Source: Octopus bimaculoides (lineage: Eukaryota). Taken from it: a stretch of DNA of 64,000 nt. The position numbers and the translations under genes were made by a program. Positions within the stretch are counted from its first letter, which is position 1. Every line of letters begins with the position of its first letter. The DNA lies in assembly GCF_001194135.2 (NCBI RefSeq), contig NC_068989.1, positions 96,669,250-96,733,249 on the forward strand. The letters are read 5' to 3'. Shown one piece after another: positions 24,780 to 37,499 of the stretch. Below the pieces are notes generated by a model. That model had not been told where the DNA came from. It saw only the letters and a program-made list of their open reading frames with translations, and ran no database searches.

Positions 24780-25675
24780 GTGTGTGGGGGGTGGGGGAGG
24801 ATGTTACAGGAAGTGTAGTAGCTAGAATAAGAACAGGGTGGAAAAAATTCTGGAAGCTTTCACCTCTGTTGGCAACAAAAGGTCTCTCTGTCTCTGGGTG
24901 ATGGGAAGATTGTATGATGCCTGTATATGAACAGCAATTCTGCATGATAGTGAGAAATGGACCCTGAATGCAGAAGACATGTGAAGGTTAGAAAGGGATG
25001 AGGCTAGTATGCTGTGCTGGATGTGCAACAGAGTACTAGTGTGTTGGGAGAAATGTTGGGCATAAGAGGAATTAGAAGCAGTGTGCAAGAGAGAAGACTG
25101 CACTGGTTTAGTCATGTGATGTAGATGGATGTAGATAGCTCCATAAAGAAGTGTCGATCACTCAAAGTGGATGGAACTCACGGAAGAGGGAGATCCAGGA
25201 AGACATGGGACAAAATAGCGAAAGACAACCTCAGGACTCTGAGCCTTACAGAGGCGATAACAAAGGATTGAAATACCTGGCATTTTGCTGTACTCAAGAA
25301 GATCCACCACTGCAAAACTGTTAATGCTGCTCCCCCTATTCCACCTGCTGAAGAGGATTAACCTGCAAGAGCCCTGTACTGGTGCCACATAAATGCACCC
25401 ATTCTAGCACAATGTAAAAAAAGCTCCTTTGCTGACACCGTGTAATAGCAGACATGCCAAAACCATGTAAAACACCATCCATGCTGGTTCCATGTATTAA
25501 TAAAATGCACCCTGCACACTCTGTAAAGTGATTGGCATAGGGCAAAGCATCCAGCTATAGAAGCCAGGCCAACTCAGACTGGAACCTGGTACAGCTCACC
25601 TGCATGCTAGCTCTGGTCAAACTGCCCAACCATTGCCAGCATTCAAAAAATGGACATTAAATAATGAAGATGATA
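24780..25675 (+). mobile_element. RTE-clade LINE 3' fragment plus family A tail
   Basis: VTGSVVARIRTGWKKFWKLSPLLATKGLS...; RGRSRKTW-like; ends in catccagctatag...gatgatata. Confidence 0.8.
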
Positions 25676-25683
25676 TATATTCA

Positions 25684-25971
25684 AGCGAGGTCATTACCAG
25701 TGCCACTGGACTGGCTCCTGTGCAGGTGGCATGTAAAAAAACACCATTTTGAGCGTGGCCGTTGCCAGTACCACCTAACTGGCCCTCATGCCGGTGGCAC
25801 GTAAAGTACTCACTACACTCTCGGAGTGGTTGGCGTTGGGAAGGGCATCCAGCTGTAGAAACTCTGCCAAATCAGATTGGAGCCTGGTGCAGCCATCCGG
25901 TTCGCCAGTCCTCAGTCAAATCGTCCAACCCATACCAGCATGGAAAGCGGACGTTAAACGATGATGATGAT
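25684..25971 (+). mobile_element. Family A copy, low divergence, directly after the previous one
   Basis: ctacactctcggagtggttggcgttgggaagggcatccagctgtagaaactctgcc...ggacgttaaacgatgatgatg; retains CpGs. Confidence 0.85.
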
Positions 25972-26268
25972 ATATATCAGCCTGATGATCATTGCAGACC
26001 ATCCAGTGGCGTCAGTTCTTCCTGGCCAAAGCTCCATTCACTTTGGTGAGTAGAAAAGAAGCACCTTCTTCTGAGTGTTATCAATAACATATATATATAT
26101 ATATCAAGGGGTTCCTTTCAGTTGCCATCTACCAATTCTACTCACAAGGCTTTGATTGGCCTCAGGGCTATAGTTTAATGTGCATGGCCAAGGTGTTTCA
26201 CTGTAGGACTGAACCTGAGACTACATGGGCGGGAAGCAAGCTTCTTAACTTCATCCCCATGCTGTGTC

Positions 26269-26306
<38 letters not shown>

Positions 26307-26316
26307 NNNNNNNNNN

Positions 26317-26353
<37 letters not shown>

Positions 26354-27169
26354 TCACTATTATTTTATATAAATATTATATAAGGTTCAAGCTGTCTGCT
26401 CACACCTTATATAGGTAGTTCATTTAGTAGTCATATAGTTTTGAGTTCTGAATCACAGAATGGTTTCTTGGACATTGACTGGACAAAAATATTTTATTGG
26501 GACATTGTTTTAATGGTTCAATTCCCTTTTTGATGGTAACCCTTACCTGTTTTTCAAGTATGAGATTTTATTGTTTCATTTATCTTCAAAAGCATAGAGT
26601 TAGAGGATGACTTGTTGCCCAGGAAAATCAACAAGCATCACTTATTTTAAGCATGGTTGTTTGAAGCAAAGTGCATTTGACCAATTGGTTTAACTCAGGA
26701 ATTAGGCAAGCTGGAGCTAAACAGGATGAGACACTTGCTGGCGTCCACTATCAGAGATCTGTTGGCATGTTTTCCATATCTCCACTTAGATGAGTGCCAT
26801 CATAGGTTATCACCTAATTACTTAATTCATGTGTGAAACTGATTGATAAAAAATCAGCTGAAGTAGATTTATAATTCTGTGTAGTATAAAAAGTAATATA
26901 CATATGTGTATGTATCACCACTTTTCTTTGTTGGCAGGGGTCAAACAGAATTTATGAAAGCAAATTTTCTATGACTAGATTCCCCTCCTCTTGCCAACCC
27001 TCACTTATTTCCGAGTAAGGTAATATGGCTGAACACAATTTTCTGCGAGATTGGAAATAAACAACACTACTTTTAAGATGGTGGTACTTGTTTACCGCTA
27101 CTGCATGGTGTCAAGCTAAGGATCTCACATATGTTATACATGTGTATACATACATGCACCCCCCCCCAC

Positions 27170-27342
27170 ACACACAGTTTCAACTGGCTTCTTTCAGTTT
27201 CCCTTTACCAAATTCACTCTCAATGCTTTAGTCAGCTTGAGGCTATGGTAAAAGACAATTGCCAAGGGTGCCTTGCAATGGAATTGAACGTGGAACCATG
27301 TGGTTGGGAAGCAAACTTCTTTCCACATAGCCATGCCTGGCA
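27170..27342 (-). mobile_element. SINE family C 5' half, ending in a fold-back of its own 5' end
   Basis: caaattcactctcaatgcttt...gaaccatgtggttgggaagcaaacttctttccacatagccatgcctg. Confidence 0.75.
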
Positions 27343-27961
27343 CAGGCATGGCTATGTGGATAAGAAGTTGGGGACATACACACACTACAGCTTTTGGTCA
27401 TAAACCACTTATTTATATAATGATTATTGATGTTGATATTCTGACTTGTCGACTATTGTCCAGGCCACTTAAGCCTCTTTCAACACTTATCCTTCTCAAT
27501 GTGGTGTCAACACTTTCCCAGCTGTTATTCATCAAGAAAACCTTTAGCGGCCTGACATTAATTACAACACAATGGAAATAGATATGCAGGTCAGGATATC
27601 CTGTGGTATATTCCTAATTAGGGTTGTCAGAAATCATAATTGCTCTCTTATCATCTTGGGGTCTTCAGAAAAACATTACAATTCTCTCTTTTATTATCCA
27701 AACAGAAGGAATGACCACCATCACTACCTTCATCATCACTAATGCCTCCCACCACGCTAATGTCTCAGCCATTTTCGCTTTGTAGTAATACACAAATATA
27801 CACACACATCTTTGTGTGTGTGTGTGTGTGTGTGTAAGACAACAAAAAGTTTAAAATATACAAAAATTTCTGTAATTTTTGAGATTATCTTTTCTGGTTT
27901 CTCTCAAAAAAGTTTTTGTCTGACCTTATAATCATTTGTGACTTTCTTTAACAGAATATTA

Positions 27962-28008
<47 letters not shown>

Positions 28009-28119
28009 TATTTAGATGCTACCAGTATGACCTGCTATCTATATGTAATCAGCCTCTGAGATGCTTGTACATGTGGTAAGCTACGAAATTCTTGCGTGCT
28101 CTCAGTTCCCTGTCATTCA

Positions 28120-28570
28120 GACTCTGCTTCAATGGTCCCCAACAGACAAAATGAAAAAAGCGTTGCCCAAGAGGATGATGAAGAAGATGCACTGAAACAG
28201 CCACTCTGACTCACAGGGTTTGCACTTGTGGGTAGCCATCTCCACCCTGATAGCAGTGAGCAGGGGTATGGTCTAGACACTTCCATTGGCTCGATCATAA
28301 ACCTGTAAGAGAGAGCAACTGATACTTTGATATCAGTCTGCTTTTTCTGAGGCTAACAAGCAGCAGAGCCTGGGCTGGTAGTTGAACATACCAAGTTGTC
28401 ACTGGAGAAGGTGTCACAACATGTAGCATCAAAGATAAGGGGGCCTATCCCACAGAACAGTAAAATTGTCACAGCATCAAGCCTTTTACTGTCTGCTCAG
28501 TTCAGCTCTGCTGGCTGCTCAGGCTGAGAAGGGGATCCTCTGGTGTCCAGGTCATGACTTTTGATTACGT
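28120..28570 (-). mobile_element. CRE-like RLE retrotransposon fragment, second copy
   Basis: The rc translates to DSKRLDAVTILLFCGIGPLIFDATCCDTFSSDNL...EWLFQCIFFIILLGNAFFIL. Shares caactaccagcccaggctc and gctatcagggtggagat with 10117-10720. Confidence 0.7.
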
Positions 28571-29239
28571 TAAAGGTGGTGTGGTGTAGCAGAAATGCTC
28601 TTGCTAATTGATATGCATCAGGAATTAGAGTTTATAAAAACAGATAAATGATAGAAAATGGAGTGAACCTGACCTCCTTTTTGTCCATTTCTTTGTTTCT
28701 GTATTTTAGATTTTTAAATAACAATTGTAGTTTGTCTGTCACTAAATGTATGGGTTTAGTTTTGTCTTTGAACTGCTGAAAATGAGACATCACTTTATGT
28801 CTGCATTCTCACACTGAGTGAAATGACAGTAGGATCTGACTAAGGACTTATGTAAACAATCACCTGAAGAGGTGCATTTTACACTTTGGATACCTGAAAA
28901 TGATTACACAACATCTCACCAATGTAGGAGTGTAAAAATGTGGTGGACCAATTGTAGAAGGTTTAAATAAAGAATGTCATTCATTCCATTTTATAAATAA
29001 ATGATATATACGCTTGTCTTCTCATCATGATTGTAAGCAAGTATGGCCATCATAGAATCATCTTCATTTACAACTGTAAATGAAACTATATCTGGCCACA
29101 GAAAGATATTACCTTACTAGGAAGTAGTTGAGGGTTGGTGACAGGAATGGTGCCCAACTGTAGAAAATTTACCTCAACATCTCTCTGACTCCTGCCAGCA
29201 TAGAAATGTGAACATTAAATGATGATAGTAGGGTAAAAA

Positions 29240-29500
29240 ACCCCTATGGTCATGAATGACCATGGGATTGCACCTAGAAAGTTCCCCTCCAAGGCACAAG
29301 TCCAGGCAAGGTTGTTTAGTGGAAGACCAGTAGTTGCCCATGCATACCAGCCACCCCTTTCCACACCACCAGTGTTGTCCAAGGGAAGGGCAAAGGTCAT
29401 TGCAGCTTGGCACCAGTGACATCACAACTCATTTCTACAGATGAGTGAACTGAGAGAGCAATGTGAAAATAAAGAGTCTTGCTCAAGAACACAACACAAA
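29240..29500 (-). mobile_element. SINE family E
   Basis: ggtcatgaatgaccatgggattgcacctagaaagttcccctccaaggcacaagtcc...gtcttgctcaagaacacaacac; matches 7540-7872. Confidence 0.8.
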
Positions 29501-29824
29501 ACTGCATCTCTTCTCGACTAATTATGCTCCTAATTAACGGAACTCTAACTTTCCATAACTTTCGTGGAGTTTACATTAGAGTATCAAACTAAGTGCCTTG
29601 TGGTATTTATTCTGGCCCTTTTCATTTTGAGTTCAGTTCCTACTGATGTTGATAAAATAAAGTACCAGTCACCTACTGAGGCTGATGTAATTAACTTGAT
29701 ACCCTCCCCTTAAAGTTTATGCCTTGATACCAGCATTTCAAATAATTAATATTAAAAGATACAAAATAAATTAATCATTGTTTGTTGCTTTCTTATTAAG
29801 TTCCATAAATTAAATAAATCAGCC

Positions 29825-30050
29825 ATCATCATCATCATCAAATGTCCACTGTTCCATGCTTGCATGAGTCAGATGGAACATGTTGAAGTAGATTTTCTAT
29901 GGCTGGATGGCCTTCCTGTCGCTAAGCCTCACCTGTTTCCAAATAAGGTGATATTTCCCCATGGCCAGACATGTTTTCTATGTGAAACTAGAAGTGAACA
30001 GCTTTGCTTGTATGACTGATGCTCATTTACAACCTTCACTTAGACAAGGG
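29825..30050 (-). mobile_element. Family B repeat (A-related tail variant)
   Basis: catcatcatc...ctggatggccttcctgtcgctaagcctcacctgtttccaaataaggtgatatttccccatggccagacatg; similar at 19195-19390, 26930-27050 and 48950-49160. Confidence 0.7.
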
Positions 30051-31730
30051 TACACACACACACACACGCGCATGAATATACACACATGCACTCACACACA
30101 CATGCACTCACTCACACACGCACACATGGCTGCCAAATCCACTGGCAAGGCTAAAGCAGAAGACACTTGTTTAGTCCAAGAGACTCTGCTGTGGAACTGA
30201 ACTCAAGCCCAAGTGATTGCAAAGCCATCTACTGAACTAGTCTGCCATTCCTACACCTACAGCCAAAAATAAATTCCTGTCTGAAATACTGTTCCCATCC
30301 AACCCCTTTTTGTATAGAACAACAGGCCTTAAATGAACAAATGCACCAAAGAAAAAAAACCAACGTTGTTATTCCATAAATCAATATTGTTAGAATGCAT
30401 GTGGCGTATATAAATAATATTGAGATTATTTTGATGGAATTCTGACTTTGGGACAGCATATTGTCCAAGATTGTTATTGATAAATCCATCAACTCGGCAG
30501 ATTGTTAATATCTTTTTCTACAAATGCAGGAGGAGAAATCTTAAAGAAAAGGTTGAATAACTACAACAATGAAAAACGAGCCTGAGCTTCACATATTGAA
30601 TGTTAAGCATTGTTTGCATAAACAAAGATGTAACAGGTACCTTTGAGAGAAGCTTGCCATCTTGGAAAATTCCAGAAAATCCATCTGAGCACAATAAATT
30701 GCTGAGTGAAATAATCAATCGTTACAAAGTAATAAAATACTGCAATCGATACTGTGAAACTATATTCTCATTTATCTAATCCAAAAATAGACAGCCTCTA
30801 CTTCAAAGACTTAGCTAGAATTTACCCTGCATTCAGGAAAGTACTGAAGCTTAGATATTACACAGACTTGCTAAACACAGAATTCTTGACAGGAGTTGTA
30901 ATGAACTGGTTTCATTTTAAACAGAATATTTAGCTTGTAATGGATGAACACAGGTAAAGGCACTCAAAAAATTGGATATTTTAACTCTTCACTCAAAAAT
31001 CCCAAACATTTATATACATTGTTGCAATTAATGTCATATTTTTGATGCTGGAATGACTGTTTTTAAGAAGCTCACTTTCCGAAGCCTTGTTTGTGAATTT
31101 GGTAGATAGAAACTGAAAGTCTGTCATATATGTGTGTGTGTGTGTGTGTGTGTTCATGTCCCCTTGTCCTGACACCTTGCACTAATTATAAATAAACATC
31201 ACACTCACATTAAACAGTGACATCTCTTTGCAGTCATCCACCAGATCATGTTCAGCCACTGTGCTGTTCATGTTTGAGGGACTAGATGAAATATTACCTT
31301 GCTTGAAAACAAACGAGGGTTAGCAGCAGGAAAAGCATACAGCCAGAGAAATTCTGCTGCTTCAACAAATCTCACATGAACCATGAAAGCATGGAAATGT
31401 GAATGTTAAAACAATGATAATGAATGATGATCTTCGAGCAAGTTATTTAACTTTATTTTACTTGCCTTACTTTATCTGGTACCTATTCTGTATTATGTTA
31501 CCAGCTCTTCTTGAAAGATTGGCCAAGACAAATAAGTATCAGAGACCAAACTAGACTATATTTGCCGTAGGGGTAAGTTTTTTTTTCTTTTGTATTTTTC
31601 TGTCATACAGAAACACTACAGTGTTCAAAAATTGACTTTAACAACAATATGTCATATTGTTGAATGGCTTGAGGGGAATGCAATATATATATATATATAT
31701 ATATGCATGTATATACTCACACATATTAGT

Positions 31731-31780
<50 letters not shown>

Positions 31781-33017
31781 GTGTAGAAGACCTGCTATTA
31801 TAAAATTCAAACCAAGATATTTTAGCAAGGTTTATCACTTTAAGATATATCACTTGAAGAGAAAAGAAAAATGAGTTTTGTCAGCCAATCAGTAAATCTA
31901 AATGAAGAAAAACTTCACTTGTCTGCATCTGTATTGCCTTTGGGAATTCAACGAATGAAGAATAGTAATGAAAATTGATTCAAAAATATTGCTATAAAAT
32001 GGCAAAGTAATATGGCAAGAAAGGTTTTGTTTACTGAGAAAGGGTTTTGTTTAAAGGAGAAGAATCTTGAATATGTATGACTGTCAAGATCAGCAATGGA
32101 GAGTAGTTCTTTGAAAGGAGTGGACAAATTGGTGTGACACATGGTGAAAATATTGATTCTTTAATTCAGGGCACCTGTCACACTTTATTCGCATGAATAA
32201 TGCCTGATCTGATGAATCTACCTTTAATATGTCGCATGAAAAGCCTGTGTAGTCACTTAGTGAGGGACCACTCAATAGAGTATAGGTGGTAAGGGATTTT
32301 CAGATTGCTTGGTCAGTGTGTTTAGGCATCTAATGATGTATGAGGGGATATATCTAGAGATGTAGATATAACAGTAGTGATTTAACAAGGTATTTGTGGT
32401 ATAGTAGATGGATGCACACACACACACACACACACACATTTTCAATTAGACTGTAATGGGATGATAGCTGTAGCTCATAGTATTTTGCTTACATCCCCAT
32501 TGCTTAGCAGTTTGGCAAAAGAAACCTGTTGAATCTGCAACAGACTTTAAAAAAACTTACCAGAGTTGATTTTTTTTCCACTTCAAGGTTGTACCCTAGC
32601 ATGGCTGCAGTCAATAGCTAAAACAAGTAAAAGATTAAAAAAAAATAGTGAATCCCAGATTACATTATCCAATGAGAGATTTCTTAAAACATTAACCCTT
32701 TCCTCCATCAAAAAACACACTAATGTAATTTCTCTCCTAATGAACCTCTTTATTAATGAGAAAACAAAAATGATTTTATATATTTCTTTATTTCCTTTCC
32801 TAGTCATGAGGTTTGATAAATTTAAAAGTTGGAATTCCAAAAGACATGACTAAATTTTATTAAACATGACAATTTGCCTGCTCCAATCCTTTTTAATCCT
32901 CACAAATGCCCCTTCTCAATGACTGTTAATGATGAATATAATTGTTTTTAAATAAGAAAGAAGGTTTGAAATTTGGGGTGAGGGAGGAGGGGATGTTAAT
33001 CAATTAAATCAATGCCA

Positions 33018-33466
33018 GTACTTGACTGGTACTTGACTGGTACTTGACTGGTACTTGACTGGTACTTGACTGGTACTTGACTGGTACTTGACTGGTACTT
33101 GACTGGTACTTGACTGGTACTTGACTGGTACTTGACTGGTANNNNNNNNNNNNNNNNNNNNNNNNNNNNNNNNNNNNNNNNNNNNNNNNNNNNNNNNNNN
33201 NNNNNNNNNNNNNNNNNNNNNNNNNNNNNNNNNNNNNNNNNNNNNNNNNNNNNNNNNNNNNNNNNNNNNNNNNNNNNNNNNNNNNNNNNNNNNNNNNNNN
33301 NNNNNNNNNNNNNNNNNNNNNNNNNNNNCTGGTACTTGACTGGTACTTGACTGGTACTTGACTGGTACTTGACTGGTACTTGACTGGTACTTGACTGGTA
33401 CTTGACTGGTACTTGACTGGTACTTGACTGGTACTTGACTGGTACTTGACTGGTACTTGACTGGTA
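33018..33466. repeat. 11-bp minisatellite (GTACTTGACTG)n inside a family D SINE; N gap 33142-33328
   Basis: About 11 plus about 12 perfect units visible. The flanks continue the SINE D sequence seen at 34690-34790. Confidence 0.95.
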
Positions 33467-34659
33467 TTCAATTTTATTGATCTTGTTAAGATGAAAAGCA
33501 AAGTTGACCTCAGTGAGATTCTGTGTGGCTTCTTTTTTAAAGACAAGAAGGTGTAGTTTAAGAGTAGTTAACTGTTATTACTAGTATGTCATGTTACCAC
33601 ATAATGTCTGTTTTATTGGTTTATCAGATTGTCGAAAGTACCAGTCATACACTGGTTAGATCCAATCAACTATGTACTGTTTATCTTTCTGAACAAATTT
33701 GTGGGTTTGTGCCATAAATTATCAATCAATATACCTCAATAAAGAGGTTTACCTCCAAAAATATTTCCTGATAATCAATAATGTTAAATGCATTAAATGT
33801 ATATCTTCTAATAACAATGCTTTTGTTACTTACTACACCATGTCTCCTGTGTTCAGCATAACTTTACCAACCTTATCTTCCCATGCATGCTGCTACTGCT
33901 GTTTTATATGTGTGATCAAACGAAATACCTTTAGCTTCAGAGTTTTGCCACATATTCAGTAGGGATGAAAGCACTAATGCTCTGAAAGCCTTACGTTTGA
34001 AGTGACGTGTCATATTATCTTGTTCAAAATGCATTTACCAGAAGTCTCTCCGGTGCCCCACTTGCTTATAAATTACACAAATAGTAAAAGTCAGTCACAC
34101 AGTAGTGAATGTTACCAACATCCTCTTCATCATGTTGGGTGCCGCACATAAGCTCGGTACTTAACTCTGATTTTATAGAGTTACATAAATGTGATAGAAT
34201 ATCAGTGCATCGTACATCTGTTCCTACTTGAGACAGAAGCCCTCAATACAGCGTCACTCAAAATGTTAGAAAATGCAGCAAATCTCCCTCAATTCACATC
34301 CTACCATTTTAAAAATAAACTTCCTTAATTTTACCTGCAAACATTGAATTTACAGAAGTTGTGACCCAGCCTCATCAAGCCTCTACACTAACCAATGAAG
34401 AACCCTCTATGTAATTGCTTATCCTGCTAGAATTAGTAGCTAAATTTCTCATAAATCATACTGTCTCTTCAAAAAAGAAAGATGCATAGCATAATGTAGT
34501 CCTGGAGACAATATGTCTTAAAAATAAAGACAAGATGCATCTTTGCTTCATAAGTTTGCTCAGTCAGAGTGACAGTGAAACTAAGCAACACTGATTTGGC
34601 CAGTGTGGGACACTAACCTGCCCCTGTTCAGTGAGGGTCTTAATAATGTTTCTAAAAAA

Positions 34660-34800
34660 AGGCACAAGGCTTGAAATTCTGAAGGAGGGGTTAGTCAATT
34701 AAATCAGTCCCAGTACATGACTGGTACTTATTTTATCAACTCCATAAGAATGAAGAGCAAAGTCGACCTTGATCGGAATTGAGCTCTGAAAGTAAAGATT
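34660..34800 (-). mobile_element. SINE family D
   Basis: ggcacaaggcttgaaattc...cccagtacatgactggtacttattttatc...gcaaagtcgacc. Confidence 0.75.
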
Positions 34801-35189
34801 CCTGCTGAAAACTCCTTTATCATTTTTTCAGAGTCAACAAAACAAAGTTGTCAATTCAAGAAACAATGGTATTGACAACCCCACATTCTCAAAAAACTAC
34901 TGGTCTCATGCCTAAATTCAAAGTAATAATAATAAATAAATAATAATTGTTTCAAACTTTGGTAGAAGGCCAGCAGTTTTAGGTGCACGGGGTTAGTTGG
35001 TTGATTGAGTCTGGTACTTCACCTTGAACAGATGAATAGGGAAAGGCAAAGTTGACCTTGTGGGAATTTGCATTCAGAACACAAAAAGCCAGAAGAAATC
35101 CTGCTAAACATTTTGTCTGATGCCGTACTAATGATTCTACCAGCTCACCACCTCAGTAATAATAATAATAGCAATAATAACAATAATAA

Positions 35190-35975
35190 TATTGAGTTCA
35201 TGCATGATATCCAAGCTGAACATCATGAGGGAAGTGTGGCAACTGTTGTCGCAAAGAAAGTGAAATCAGTGTTGTAAGAAAGAAATCACATGAAAAATTG
35301 GCTGTTCATGGCAAATAAATATGAGCCATAGCAAACAAGAGAATATTGAGCAGAAGGAACGCCATCAGTGGCTATGGAAGTCAGAGCTAAAGGCAGAGAG
35401 TGAAGGCTTAATCTTGGCTGCTCAAGATCAAAGCTTGTTGACCTGGAACTAAAAAGCCAATATGATGAAAACTGGATGTAAAGTCTTAGCACCAGTGGAG
35501 TATAAATCAACATATGACAGAGTTGGCCATTGAGAGTTAATATGTCGGCATTATAAAATAAAAACTGTTGACAAACCGTATAATCACCACCCTGAGTCTG
35601 TAACTGAGAGAGAAAAATGTAAGGCTTCATTGCGACTTCCCAGTACATCAAAGCTAGTAAACTGGATCTTGTTGTAAAAGACGAAAACAATGAAGTCTGT
35701 TTATTGATCATCATGAGTATTTTTTGCAATCATAATATCTCGGCAAAAGAATTTGAAAAGCTCCAAAAAATATAAAGATTTGCTCACTGAAATTGAAAAA
35801 CTGTGGCGTCTCGAGGTAGTTACAATACCAGTGATTGTAGAAGCACTTGGAATAATCCAAAAAGGAGCAGAGAATTATTTGGGAATGATCCCTGGCTTAC
35901 CATCCCTGCAAGAAGTTCAAAAGATTGTTTTAACTGGTACATCATACGTATTGAGAAGAGACTTATTGCTATGAG
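35190..35975 (+). mobile_element. R4/Dong-like RLE non-LTR retrotransposon 3' fragment, degenerate
   Basis: LKAESEGLILAAQDQSL; KYKDLLTEIEKLWRLEVVTIPVIVEALGII...LQEVQKIVLTGTSYVLRR (typical RLE C-terminus). Confidence 0.8.
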
Positions 35976-37499
35976 AATGATTACAACCCATATAAAGGTT
36001 TTCTTTTTCTTTTCTTTTTCCTGTGTCCATTGTTCATTGCTGCAATGGATTGACAATTTACATTAGAACATGTGTTCCAAATTTCATTATCCTACCTTAA
36101 GTATATTTTGAATCATGAAGAAATATCAATGGATAAGTCTTTCTGGGACACCCTGTATATGTTTGGGATAATTCTATCCTCTGTAACCTCAGTCAACTAC
36201 CCTGGGGCAAATTCATTGGAAGGGAGCACTTCCTATGTAATCATCACTTTCCTTTCCAGATGGAACTTGAAAAAAATCAGTGAGGGTTTGACAAAAGTAG
36301 GATGTGTCTCTACCCTCTTTCGCCACAGCTATCACACTGAGAAGAACCACTTGACCGACCATGTGGTAATCTTGGTACATTCAGCTAATTTTGTAAATTA
36401 GTCCTCCCAATCAAGACAACAATGATTATTACTTCAGTCTAACACTCAAGAATTCACAAAGTGTTAAAAATCACAATTGATTTTGCAGCAAGTATTACGA
36501 CAGAAACAAGATTTCAATGTATCAGAGTTTAAAACATTGTGAAAAATAAATTACTTATTAACGCTTAAGAGATGGAAGAAATTAGCATGTGAACTCTCCT
36601 GCTATTGTTTTTCTGCTCTTTTAAGAATGACTGCACCAAGACAGCAACTAATATTTTCCCCTCAGGAATATTTTTTTAAATAATATTCTTTGTTTTTGTT
36701 TTTTTTTGTTTTTGTAGAAACCTAAAAAGGGGAAAAAATTGTAATTTTTCCTTGTTTTTTTTTTCTCTTTTCCAACATTTCAGTTTCTCTCACTCACTTT
36801 CTTTTGAAATGTGTATTTGAAATTCATTACTTAGTAATTAGCTGTTAATAGACTATTGACATTTTTCAGAATGGAATTGAATAGAAAACTATTTCATCCT
36901 CTGGCAGAATGCAAGGAGGCAGCAGAACAGCTCTTCCTGTCTCTTACTGCATTAACAACTGACTTAGCAATTCAGACATGGTTAAAGCATTTCAAAAGAG
37001 GAAAAAAAAATTGTAATTAAATTAAATATAGGAACAGAAATTTTAATTTACATGTCTTATTTTTAAATGATTGCTGTAGGACTTGCCATGAGCATGCTGC
37101 ATCCTACTGAAAAAGGTTTTTTTACAGATGCTACATGAAATATTAAAATGTAACTCAAAACAGAAAGCAAGTGTAATGTATTCTCTTCTTTCTGAGAAGG
37201 AATCAATAATTAATTTTTTATGACATGCAATATATACTCACATATATACTCACATATATACTCACATATATACATATCGTACAAACATACACGCATATAT
37301 ATTGATAGATATAACGGACAATAAAATGAATAGTTTACACCTGGTAGCTTACTGGTAAAGCATGGACACTTTCAGAGTGACCGTTAGGTAAATAACAAAT
37401 GAATGACAGAAGATGGAATATATGAGAATTTATTATTAATCACGACAATTGCTTCAACACATCTAGCATCGAGTCCTCTTGGAATGATGCTCTAGCTAG

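Noticed and set aside
32561-32617. Minus-strand 57-nt exon-like segment with strong splice signals (LLTAAMLGYNLEVEKKSTL)
   Set aside because: Mostly the tail of a family C SINE, whose consensus supplies the pyrimidine tract; at best an exonisation candidate.
36139-36157. Tc1/mariner-like terminus ctttctgggacaccctg|TA
   Set aside because: No matching second TIR or coding remnant found; too short to call an element.
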